DNA of 61,265 nucleotides, filler included, from Aduncisulcus paluster (taxonomy: Eukaryota), in the NCBI GenBank assembly GCA_024181965.1. It is 5 parts of 5 records of this genome, joined end to end, with 100 filler letters (N's around TTAATTAATTAA, not from the genome) between each part and the next. Parts side by side here need not be neighbours in the genome. Positions count along the whole stretch, not along the records: positions 24,049 to 38,524 come from BQXS01010989.1; 4 more parts are not named here. The stretch is one strand, 5' to 3'. Below, piece by piece: positions 24,049-34,392 of this stretch (position 1 is the first letter of the stretch; every line of letters starts with the position of its first letter). The position numbers and the translations under genes were made by a program. The notes under the pieces are model-generated. The model did not search any database. It was not told where the DNA came from and saw only the letters and a list, made by a program, of their open reading frames with translations.

Positions 24049-24556
24049 CAATTGGAATAACCAAAACGGTTATATACAACAAAAATATAATGGATAGAAA
24101 ACCTACAATGACTTGACCAACCTTGGATTGTAAAATTCGGATTGACGCACCAGAAATGGCAAATAGAACACATATAATCACGATATACAAACCCGCAAGG
24201 AAAGAAAAGTATGTAATACGGGGAGCTACAGAAGCGTCCCATACGAAATCAAAGGTTAAACTGTAAAGAAATTCCGACAGGGATGTATTGTTTCGGAAAA
24301 ACAAAAATGGGGCAAAAAGTAATGCTAATAATTGGATACTCTGAAAAATATCCAAAATAATTGTCAAATATGGGATCCAAGATGAGTGATATTGCACAAT
24401 GTGGAATACATTGAAAAGAGACTCTGATATCTTAGAGAAAATACTCTGCTCAACTCCAGAGTTCATTGAACGACGTGAAGATACATGAGAAGAATGAACA
24501 GAACCATCCATATCGGCAGAGCCTTGGGACACAGAATTACGCTGATCGACATCCAT
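24049..24556 (-). CDS. N-terminus of a multi-pass membrane protein (TmcB/TmcC-like), 3'-partial
   Basis: Ser-rich leader, then ESLFNVF...IFQSIQLLALLF and at least 3 hydrophobic segments. The family assignment is by resemblance only. Confidence 0.55.
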
Positions 24557-25047
24557 GTCTATTATGATTCGTTTAAATGCCTAAATATATGTATTATATA
24601 AAACTGTTAAAACTGAAAAGAAAAAACAGAATTATTGGGTATCAACTGTCAAGAAAATCACAATCCAAAAAATCAGATCCACCTGTTCATCGTTGGTTCG
24701 AGTCGCCCTGATAAAACTTCCGAGCTCGGTTCTTTTCGATTTATTCAAAAATTTAATAATAAATATTATTATTCCAAGAATATGAAAGACCTTTCGCTTA
24801 TTTCCCAAGTGAATGGGTGAGAACGAAAGTTTCTGTTCTATCTCACGATTCATACATATAATAGAAGAATCAATTTAATAATATCATTTAAATTTTAATA
24901 TTTATTGGGTTAATTAATAAATTTAGCTGATTTTTTTTCTAAATCCGCGATAAGATTGAAAAAAGGAAAATTTGGGGAGTTCTAGCCAAAAAAAATGGCC
25001 GAGTTGTTAAAACGATAAGTGCATGAGATGCAATGTTAAAAGATGAC

Positions 25048-27408
25048 TCAACATTTATCAAAATAATCGATGACTCCGGTGAGATTATATTGGCAGCCAT
25101 CAAGTATAATGGTTGAAAATTCTTTCACATTCTCCCATGCTTCCTTAATTGATCCCCTATCACGATAAATATGACAAATGAGTTTTGAAAAAGTGTCACT
25201 CAACCTTTTGGCAATGCGTTCAAACCCATTTTCTTTCAATTTTGCGAAATGATCCAAACTTTCTAATTTAAATAAAGGAAAATCCTTGCGTTCAATCAAA
25301 CGTTCCATTTCATCCCGGACAATATCAAGTTTGGATCCGGACTTTGTTTTCAGAGCAAAAGAATACCAATCATCCTGGAACTCATTGAAGACAGCGTAAA
25401 TGCTCATTCCAAGTGAATAAAGGTCTCCATCTCTCGAAGAAATCCCTCTCAGGATTAATTCAGGGGGTATATATGCAAGTGTACCATCAGCCATCAGATT
25501 TGGATTCTTCCGCATTTTGGTGAGAGCTTCAGATTTTTCAGTCGACTGCTCCTTTGCGAGTCCAAAATCTGCAAGAAGAACTCGATATTCATGAATTCCA
25601 TCTGAATTTATAACTTTTTTAATCAAGAAATTACTCAACTTAATATCTCGATGATAAAGATGGCCATCAACCTCTCTTACCCGAAATAAAGCTTCAATCA
25701 TTCCAACAGAAAGAAAAACTTTAAGCAACGCAATATGTTTCTCAGGGAGTGTCTTTTTTTTCAATGAATGACCAAACTTTTTAACAGATCCCAATTCACA
25801 ATAATCCATCAAGTAACCAAATGAACCTGTGAAAAGGGTCTCTGATGGTCCTGAGACCAAACAATTAACAATATAATGGGTTTGTGGAACATACTCAGAT
25901 CCTTTCTCATGACAATTTTTCCACAATTTATCCTGAAGGTTGAACTCTTTCACGACATTCTTAATATCTGTTAATGAAATTTCACCTGAATCTTGAGAAG
26001 ACTTTAGAATCATTTTATATGCATATGTTTGTTCTTCATATTCAACAAGCTGGACCTCTCCAAATCCACCCTTACCAAGTTGTAATCCTTTGAATGGAAT
26101 CGTAGTGATAACTTGCGTTGAAAGACTCCTTATTTCATCCAATACACCTTGAATTTGTAGAAATTCCACGATTTTTTCAGCACATTCCTTCCTGCTCAAG
26201 CTGGAAGTTGCTCCACATGAAACTGATGAATGGATTGAATAATCTTGGGATTCCCTTGGACCTCCCCGTTTCCTCCGAGTTATACTCGGTGCTTTTGGAA
26301 TTTGTGGTCTCTCTTTAATTGACTTAATATAGTCTTTATAGGCGGATATCACAGAATAATCGTTCCTTGGGCAACACAATTTCTTCATTTTCTCATCATA
26401 CCGCTTCAATTGACAACAAATTTTTGTATTGGTTGATAGTACAGCATAATATGATAGTTTAGAAAGGAGAATTTGCCAATATTGCAAACCTTCAGAACAA
26501 GAACGCTTTTGAAAAAGATCATACCATTCATCGAGATAATCTTTAACCAAATTGAATATCGTTTCACATTGACAATAGCAACCCCCAGCAAAAACAAGAA
26601 GAAGAGGACGATATTCAATAATTTTATCATTTTTGAGAATTTCTGGTAAAAGAACTACGATTGACTCGAAAATAGAGAATACTTTTGGAGCCATGTGAGG
26701 ATGTGGGTGATATACTGGAAGTGGTTGCCTAATAAGTTTCTCCGAAAATGGCAAATTTGCAAGGAATTGAATGAATAATTTTTTATATCTCTCAGAGCTA
26801 AAACAGACCTCCATATTGTGATGTTTCGTAACAATGTATGTATACCAGAGATCTAATAGTTCTTTACGAATATACTCGGTATGACTGTCATTTGATGAAG
26901 ATAAAGATAGAGACTTACATAATTCTAATACTTCGATAGAAAGATCCTTATTCAGTTCAGGGGAGGTAAGGAAGAGAGGAATGTACTGATCGAGGAACTC
27001 ACGAGCATAAAAATAAAAATCCCTTTTACATTGTTTTAATTTCTCCGAGCAACATCTTAGAATGCGAAGAAAATAAACTAAACTTTGCCCAGAACACCGA
27101 GCATGGAATTTGATGGTTCGAAGATGTTTTGTAATTTTTTTCATAGATGAATCCGAAAGGGGGTAATATATATCCTTATCGTATTCAGAAATCATCATAA
27201 TACTAATATATTTGCAACACTCGATAAATATTTCTTTGTTTTTATCAGAAACAATCTTCTGTTTGGAAAAAGCTCTAATCCAAGGAAATAAGTTTGGAAG
27301 TGACTCAGAAAATAAATTATCCTTTTCACAATCAACAGATTCAGCTTGTTCGATGACTATACTAATTTCATCAAGTGACAAAGACTCAAGATCAGAGGGG
27401 TGGCTCAT
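25048..27408 (-). CDS. Protein kinase with a long helical N-terminal domain
   Basis: LGKGGFGEV, YAYK, HRDIKLSNFL, ADFGLA, GTLAYIPPE, DLYSLG. Confidence 0.92.
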   Translation of the reverse strand: MSHPSDLESLSLDEISIVIEQAESVDCEKDNLFSESLPNLFPWIRAFSKQKIVSDKNKEIFIECCKYISIMMISEYDKDIYYPLSDSSMKKITKHLRTIKFHARCSGQSLVYFLRILRCCSEKLKQCKRDFYFYAREFLDQYIPLFLTSPELNKDLSIEVLELCKSLSLSSSNDSHTEYIRKELLDLWYTYIVTKHHNMEVCFSSERYKKLFIQFLANLPFSEKLIRQPLPVYHPHPHMAPKVFSIFESIVVLLPEILKNDKIIEYRPLLLVFAGGCYCQCETIFNLVKDYLDEWYDLFQKRSCSEGLQYWQILLSKLSYYAVLSTNTKICCQLKRYDEKMKKLCCPRNDYSVISAYKDYIKSIKERPQIPKAPSITRRKRGGPRESQDYSIHSSVSCGATSSLSRKECAEKIVEFLQIQGVLDEIRSLSTQVITTIPFKGLQLGKGGFGEVQLVEYEEQTYAYKMILKSSQDSGEISLTDIKNVVKEFNLQDKLWKNCHEKGSEYVPQTHYIVNCLVSGPSETLFTGSFGYLMDYCELGSVKKFGHSLKKKTLPEKHIALLKVFLSVGMIEALFRVREVDGHLYHRDIKLSNFLIKKVINSDGIHEYRVLLADFGLAKEQSTEKSEALTKMRKNPNLMADGTLAYIPPELILRGISSRDGDLYSLGMSIYAVFNEFQDDWYSFALKTKSGSKLDIVRDEMERLIERKDFPLFKLESLDHFAKLKENGFERIAKRLSDTFSKLICHIYRDRGSIKEAWENVKEFSTIILDGCQYNLTGVIDYFDKC

Positions 27409-27838
27409 TTCTATTTAAAAATTATTCAAGTTATAGGGACAAAAATTAATTGAAAACAGAAACTAAAGAAAAACAGCCAATATACAATATCGAAGCAAAA
27501 CAGAAGCTTTGGAGTCACTCCATCCTCTAATTAGGTTTTGAAACGAATACAGAAAAAAATTAGGAGAATATTTTCTAAAATTTGCCAAATATAAATATTT
27601 TTCCCAATACTTTGTATTTTTTGGTAATATTCATCGAGATATGAAGATTCTTCTGAGATTCTTCTATTTGTCCCGATATTGTCATTTTTATCCTCTATTT
27701 TTATCTTAACAATATTGTTATTATCTCAAAATCACCATGATATCCCTGTGAATTAACATTTCATGTCACATCCGATGACATACTTTTTGTTGCCAAGCAA
27801 ACCAGTGATTTCTCATAAATTTTTTTGGAAATTTTTTA

Positions 27839-29050
27839 ATGGATCATCGTCAGCAATTGCCTTATACACCACTATTATCACTCGCTAAACCAGACCAAAT
27901 GAAATTAACATCTGTTGTCGTTCTTGATCACGAAAAGGAATACGGAGAAAAAGAGTTTGAAGTTTCTGATCACGCTGAAGAACAACATGCTCATTTTGAA
28001 GATATTACGTCTTCTGATTCAATTACGATTGAAGAGAAATTGAGTGTTGCTGAGGCCACCATCAACGAAATATCCAAGAAATTGTGTGAAGTTCAGTTGG
28101 AGCGAGATATTTTATTGAAATTAGTTAAACAAAATGAATTGATGGAGCAATATCAACAAAATTTGTCCCAAAGTGAGAAAGACAGGGAGGATAAGGTATA
28201 CTCGAGAGGGGTTTTGGAGAAAAAAGATGAAATGGGTGCAAAAGTGATTGTTATTTACGAAAGATCCACACCTCATATGGAAAATCCTTCTGTTTCCGAG
28301 GAATTTCATCACTCAAGAGATTTTTATCAGACTATGTCATCCACAATTGCTCAACCTTCCTCGATGTTTCATGATGTTGAATTAAGACCAATGGAAGAAT
28401 CTTCAAATGTTCTTAGTAGTACTTCCCTTCTAAGTATTTCTTCCGATATTTGTAGAGTAACTGTGAATCAAGAAACTCAAACTCATTTCATCGCTCCAAT
28501 CTCCTCCCAAACATCCATTTTCCCTCGAAAAGGGGCTGGGCAAGATGAAAAAACACCTTCCCCAATGAAACAAGAAAGGACAATACGAGAGAGGAGACCT
28601 CCTCGTTATTCCTCCTTCCCTCTCTCATCTCCTCAAACAACTCCTGGAAAGATGGTGAATCCTCTTCCACCTATTCAAGAAAAGGTAGAAAAATCGCAGT
28701 CTGTTGATCATAGAAAGGATGAGGAACAAATAGAAGGAGATAATGAGCAAAGAAAAGAAGAAGAAGAGGAAATTGAAAAGACTGAGAGGAAATCGTTGCT
28801 GGCAACTCGATTAAAAGATTCTTTGGTTAGTCCAATTTTTGAATCATGGAAATTGCCCGTGTCTTCAATTCGAGATGACATTTCTAAACCAATCCGAGAT
28901 GAAGTGCAAGTTTTGTCCAGCATTCTTGTCAAATTAGCATTGAAACATTTTGAAGAAGAGGCAATTGATGTGATTAGACATCAAGATGATGAGCAATTGG
29001 ATATAGAAACCGATGCTATCGGGATCGGATCATTAATAGCTGACTTATGA
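27839..29050 (+). CDS. Hypothetical protein with a short coiled coil
   Basis: 403-aa ORF between AT-rich spacers; no family motif. Confidence 0.7.
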   Translation: MDHRQQLPYTPLLSLAKPDQMKLTSVVVLDHEKEYGEKEFEVSDHAEEQHAHFEDITSSDSITIEEKLSVAEATINEISKKLCEVQLERDILLKLVKQNELMEQYQQNLSQSEKDREDKVYSRGVLEKKDEMGAKVIVIYERSTPHMENPSVSEEFHHSRDFYQTMSSTIAQPSSMFHDVELRPMEESSNVLSSTSLLSISSDICRVTVNQETQTHFIAPISSQTSIFPRKGAGQDEKTPSPMKQERTIRERRPPRYSSFPLSSPQTTPGKMVNPLPPIQEKVEKSQSVDHRKDEEQIEGDNEQRKEEEEEIEKTERKSLLATRLKDSLVSPIFESWKLPVSSIRDDISKPIRDEVQVLSSILVKLALKHFEEEAIDVIRHQDDEQLDIETDAIGIGSLIADL

Positions 29051-29600
29051 TTGTCAAAATCGATCAGCCTGATCGAAGTGGCACTTCTCGTAAATGACTT
29101 CTCATTATTTATTTTGTGTATCAATGAACGAGTGTGTGCTATAATTGAATGCAAAAGAGGGAAAGGTGGTGAGCATCAGGAGATATTTAGTATACTATAC
29201 TAGTAGTGCAAAAGAGTATTGATGAGTCCAATATCTAAATAGAACAGTACAGACAAGTAGAATGAACGACCAAAAGAATACCATAATGATAATTCATTAT
29301 ATTGTATATAACAGTATCTCTTGAAATTAATGGTTTTTTATGGTCTCACAAAATATACCTCAAGTGTGCAGAAATTGGATATTTGATAATATGACATAAA
29401 TTTAAAATAAAATGGCTTAATGCGTTTCTTCCCAGTAATTAAGAAAACAACTCCGAGCATCACAAGAGCTCCACGACACATCTCCCAAAGATATGGGGAA
29501 TCGCCCAACAACACGGAAACTATGAATTATTCGAACGATTTTTTCGTTTCCTGTCCCAAATAGCACACAGATGCAACTACTAATTGATTCATAGTTTGAA

Positions 29601-30104
29601 TCATTCGAATAATCCTTTCATTATTTCTGAACGTTTTTCTCTCATAATATCAGCTTGATGATCAAGAAAATACTCCTTATCTAAAGTAATTGTCTTCTTC
29701 AATTCGTCAATTGATGAGAAATGAACGATCGGTCGTATGAAAGAGGTTAGACAGACAGACAGATTTTGCCCATAGAATTCTTCAGGAAAAATATGACAAA
29801 TATGAACTTCAATGGTTTTTGGGACCGTGGAAGTTCCATTAAAGGTTGGGTTTGTACCAATAGATACCAAACAAGGATAAATTACCGAATGTTCATATGA
29901 ACACTCCTTTTTGGGCGATATATGACAAAATCCAGCATATGTTCCATCTTTTAGATCACTATATTCCCCTTTAGTTTTAATATCACCAAGGTTGGCCGTT
30001 GGATATCCAATCATCCTTCCCCGCTTATATCCATGTACAACAATGCCTTTAATTGTAAGAAAATATGGTTCAATTCCACGACGAATGATATCAGAATCTG
30101 TCAT
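29601..30104 (-). CDS. RFK: Riboflavin kinase (monofunctional)
   Basis: G.VVHGYKRGRMIGYPTANL, SIGTNPTF, IEVHI, EFYG, FIRP..FSSIDEL...I..D. Confidence 0.95.
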   Translation of the reverse strand: MTDSDIIRRGIEPYFLTIKGIVVHGYKRGRMIGYPTANLGDIKTKGEYSDLKDGTYAGFCHISPKKECSYEHSVIYPCLVSIGTNPTFNGTSTVPKTIEVHICHIFPEEFYGQNLSVCLTSFIRPIVHFSSIDELKKTITLDKEYFLDHQADIMREKRSEIMKGLFE

Positions 30105-30812
30105 ATTTAACCTAATCAGCTCAAATTGTTGATTCACATATTGATTTTCCGCCGCGGCGGTGAATTGTCCGCCGGTTCGGATGTTGGCTTGTTTCTGCTA
30201 AAGCCTCACTCTATATCAATATAATTGATTCAATATATAAATTATTCAGTGAATAACGACAAGAAATAATAAAAACATATAACATACAAATGAAATATAA
30301 TCTTTTTATTGATCCCTCGAACACAAGAAGCCAGTATCAAAGAGACGCATTGCTGTCATTATTGAAGCAATCAAAGATACATCATCAAAATCAGATCAAA
30401 TATGGTACAACCAGAAAGAAAATTAATATATAAAATAAAATTCAAAATGTCAAGGATTCTTTTTTGAACACATCAAGATGTTCGTGCAAGAAAAACATAT
30501 TACTCGGCATATTAAGTGGATATAATGATATAATAAGACCTGCAAGAATCCCATATAAGAATTTAAGAATGTGTAAAGTTGTGGAAAATTGTGGATAATC
30601 ACGATTCACATATTCAAAGATCAAAATAGAAAAATTCACGAATAAAAGGATTAAAATTTCATCCAAGAAGTTGTAAACTGGTGAAAACAAAAATAATATA
30701 CTTATTCGCTAATTACGAATATTAATAGTAACATATATTAAACGAATGGCAATTAAAATAAAAAATAAAACATTTTGTGGAATGGAATTATCTAATATTA
30801 TCTGAACAGAGC

Positions 30813-31880
30813 TCATAAAGGATGTGTTGAAAGCAAAGGTTCCTTATCTCCCCTTGAATAGTTATTTGAGCCTTCTCCTTCGATTCTCTTCACTTTAGAC
30901 ATCTTCAAGGCATAGTATATGGAGATAATTGTACCTCCAATACATAAAACAAGTCCACAGCAAAGAATAATGATCGAACCATTCATGAATGATCCTTCAA
31001 GAGGTTCAGATTGTGTGAATCCGTCAGTTCCAAAGGTTGTAATGTATCTGGAACATAAATACCTCGCATCATATATATTTAAAGCCATGAGAGAAAGAGG
31101 AAGGGAGATGAGGGAGCCACAGTTGGCTGAGGTTTGGGCAGATGATTTTGAATTGATGTAACTTGATGGCAGAACAACGGGATTCATTGAAGATGTCTCT
31201 GAGAAGGCCAATAGAGGTTCACTAACAGAGGATGATGGCTCTATCATAATATTCATGTCAGATTCAAGGGTCCATACAACATAATGAGTGCCACACTTAA
31301 CACAAGAGTCGCCCGAGGGAGAATGTTGGCTAGTCGAGGATAAATTTTGAATATAAAACTTGGAATAATCGGAATATGACGAAGATGCGTTGATATCGAT
31401 CTCGACAGTTTCGTAGTAAACAGGATTAACCTTACTTGAAGAATAGGGCAAATCAGATGCCATTTCAGCGATGTTCAGAAATAAAACAGTTTGGATGTCA
31501 ATATCAATACCAAGAGATTCCATTTCTGCCCGATCATCAGTTGTAAAAAAATTAGAACATGACTGTTCCACGACATCGTTTGATGATACATTAAATGGTA
31601 ATAGCTCTGCATTTAATTCCTGCATATCATTGGAACTTCCAACATTCAATACAATAGAATTCAGAAGATCAATAAATTCTTTTTGTTTGAATTCAGGAAG
31701 GCTGGAGGGCAAAGAGAGTGCTTCATTTAAGAAATTTTCTTTTTTAGATTCCCAATGGTCATGATTTTCTTGTAATTGATGCTGACCATTAATCAAAAAG
31801 GACCCCAAAAAGATCAGAATAAGTCCTAAAACGAAACTAAAAGTTCCACAACAAAAACTATGTTGTTTTTGTGGTTTCAT
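30813..31880 (-). CDS. Hypothetical membrane protein (two TM helices flanking a ~270-aa loop)
   Basis: Hydrophobic segments near both termini; C-terminal EPLL could be a dileucine sorting motif. Confidence 0.75.
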   Translation of the reverse strand: MKPQKQHSFCCGTFSFVLGLILIFLGSFLINGQHQLQENHDHWESKKENFLNEALSLPSSLPEFKQKEFIDLLNSIVLNVGSSNDMQELNAELLPFNVSSNDVVEQSCSNFFTTDDRAEMESLGIDIDIQTVLFLNIAEMASDLPYSSSKVNPVYYETVEIDINASSSYSDYSKFYIQNLSSTSQHSPSGDSCVKCGTHYVVWTLESDMNIMIEPSSSVSEPLLAFSETSSMNPVVLPSSYINSKSSAQTSANCGSLISLPLSLMALNIYDARYLCSRYITTFGTDGFTQSEPLEGSFMNGSIIILCCGLVLCIGGTIISIYYALKMSKVKRIEGEGSNNYSRGDKEPLLSTHPL

Positions 31881-32135
31881 TTGATTTATATTCCGAATAT
31901 TATGAAAAAGATCTCGTTTTTAGTTTGAATTGCCGAGAAAATGCGTCGTCTTTGAAATAGCGACAGAAGAAAAGAATAAACGAATATAATCAAAAGAAAA
32001 ATCAATAATTATATTTCTTTTGTTTTTTTCAAGATTTATTTTTGGATGAATGGTCGCCTAAGGCATCGAAATGTTTGAATTTGAAGAAAAAATGAGAAGC
32101 ATGATAATAATAATAATATCCTCTGATGTGCAATT

Positions 32136-32716
32136 TTAAAATATGATGTCAATCATTTTTTTATCGAGCTTATCGCTGTTATCATGACTTTTAGAATGCG
32201 ACGAATCAAACACAGAACTCACAACTCTATCAACATCACCACCAGAATTGACAAATGTTTTCATTTGATCAAGGAGAGCCAATGTTTGTTCATTAGATGC
32301 TTTTTCGGGGTGTTTCTGCCTTTGTTTCTTTGCTTTTTTCTTTTCCATAGTTTTTACCGATTTCAAAGTATCTTCAAGAAAAATCAATGACCCCAGAGGT
32401 TTTTTGCTGGCTTCGACAAGTATCTTTTCCCTCTTTTGTTCTTTAACAAGTCGTTTTACAATTTTTTCCTTTTTTTCAAGAGCTTCACGTTTCTTACTTT
32501 TTTTCTTTGAAATCGTCTGTCCTTTCTGTAGTAAAAAGTGATTAAAAGAATTATATGATAAAATAGAGATCAAATAACATCAAGATCTTGGATTAATGCT
32601 GAAAGATAAAAACATAAGTAATAATCAAATTATCCACGTACACCTTCCTCGGAATTACTCTTCTTTGCTTTTGATAGCCTTCTTGAAGCTCTTTGTTTGA
32701 TTGTTTTGCGGCTCAT
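32136..32716 (-). CDS. Small basic protein (154 aa, two exons), possibly SLX9/FAM207A-like ribosome biogenesis factor
   Basis: Exon 1 32716-32642 (MSRKTIKQRASRRLSKAKKSNSEEG) joins exon 2 32525-32136 in phase 0. K-rich with LGSLIFLEDTL. The gene model is firmer than the family call. Confidence 0.65.
32526..32641 (-). other. Spliceosomal intron (116 nt)
   Basis: GTACGT...TTAATCACTTTTTACTACAG, phase 0. Confidence 0.8.
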
Positions 32717-32979
32717 TCCCTTCAAAAGCCACGATTGCATTTTCCGTTCATATCACTGCGTTTTTCCGTATTTTAAATGAAATAAAATGGATCTAATTGC
32801 AATATTTTTATGATATTGTGCATTTTATTCGGAATAATAAATTAAGATGACATCGTAAATGATGATGATGACTTTTCTCGACCGTTGGAATTTTTATCTT
32901 TTCTTTATTTATTAAACTTTGCAATTTTTGATCAGTAGAACTATTTTAGCCAATTTTTTTGAATATATATTGATTTTTC

Positions 32980-34184
32980 ATGTCAGAACACCTCGAGCCT
33001 CCAGACTCAGAATATGTAATTCCAGAAAGTGGCAAATTATCTTCAATAATTCCTGATTTTCATCCAGAGAATAATATTAGGCTTGGAGACCCTCTTTTGG
33101 ATAGAATTTTCCCTTCTCTCCCCGAAGGTTACATTCCTGCCTCAAAAATAACGTGTATGTCTGAATTTCCCAATATATTAATCTTTTTTCATTCTGTGGG
33201 TTTGAATTTTTAATTTTAATCTTTTCTTTGTGTCGTTTAACAATTATAGATATCATTGGAATTCCAGGGAGTGGAAAATCCACAATATTGTATGTTATTC
33301 ACTTCATTTAAATATTTCCCATGTTTTAATTTTGTGATTTACCTTGTGATCGTTTTTATTTCATTAGGCATCAATTATGTATGTCTTGTTCATTATCATC
33401 ATCCTGTGGTGGGAATGGTTCATACTCAATGTATATTGATTGTAAAAATGATTTTGATAGTCGTCGTATCAGTAATATGGCATTCCATGTGACAACCAAT
33501 ACTACAGAGGCCTCCGATTGTGTCAAACGCATAACTTATGTTCGTATAACCTCTATTGTTGATCTTATGGCTACCTGTCTTGGTGCAGCATCCCATCCTC
33601 ATTCAATGGAACATCCACCACATCTGATTGTTATCGATGGCCTTCTATCTTTGCTTGAGAAGGAAAGATCAATTAAGAAAGCATCAGAACTCATCCAGAC
33701 TCTACATTCCTCTTTCCCAAATGCTGCTCTCGTGGTTGCTTTTCGGCCTAGGACAAAGGGAGTTGAAGATTCTATTTATAGGCATGAGAAAGATGAGGAA
33801 GAGCCAGAAGGATATAAGATGCATGTTACTCGACCAAGTGGATTTGTGGATGAGGCTGGACAAGACACCTATGTTTCAGTTCAGTTTCCATTCTCTCCTG
33901 ATGCCTTTTCTCTATGCACTCGGTGTGTGATCCTTCATGATGATAGGGCGTGGAAACCGATCGGAGGGATTGGAAGCATCATGAAGACGGGACATGGTAC
34001 AGCTTCTCGAAGTGGAATATGCAGAGGGATGTGCGTTTGGGATACTAGGATTTCGCAGAGTTCACTGGATGGTGATAAGAGAGGAGAAAAGATTGATCCA
34101 AGGAGGGGGAAAGATGGGGAAAGAGAAATGGGAGCTTGGAAAAACATTATATACATTGTTGAAATGATTGCAAAGGGAGTATGA
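32980..34184 (+). CDS. RAD51-family paralogue (RecA fold), three exons, 343 aa
   Basis: Exons 32980-33154, 33250-33289 and 33368-34184 give LGDPLLDRIF..GYIPASKITYIIGIPGSGKSTILHQLC (Walker A), GGNG...YIDCKNDFDSRRI and LIVIDG (Walker B). Confidence 0.85.
33155..33249 (+). other. Spliceosomal intron (95 nt)
   Basis: GTATGT...TTAACAATTATAG; removal restores the frame into Walker A. Confidence 0.85.
33290..33367 (+). other. Spliceosomal intron (78 nt)
   Basis: GTATGT...TTTCATTAG; removal restores the frame into ORF 33381. Confidence 0.85.
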
Positions 34185-34392
34185 TTCGCTGCATTTGCTG
34201 CTCTGGAACTATATTGTTAGCATTGCATATGGATTAGTTAGTCCTTTATGAATAAATTATTTTGAAGTAAAATGTTCTTTTCTATTGAAAATTACTTTTG
34301 TTTATTAATTTTAATACTTTTCCATTGATATTTTTTCTTAACATCGTTTTTGGTTGATTGAGTATTTATCAACACTTTTACTTGCATAATTT

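Noticed and set aside
24690-24712. GGTTCGAGTC resembling a tRNA T-loop/B-box
   Set aside because: No T-stem pairing or cloverleaf around it.
30442-30690. 82-aa hydrophobic ORF
   Set aside because: Non-ATG start in AT-rich DNA and no motif; it cannot be supported, though a small spliced gene is not excluded.
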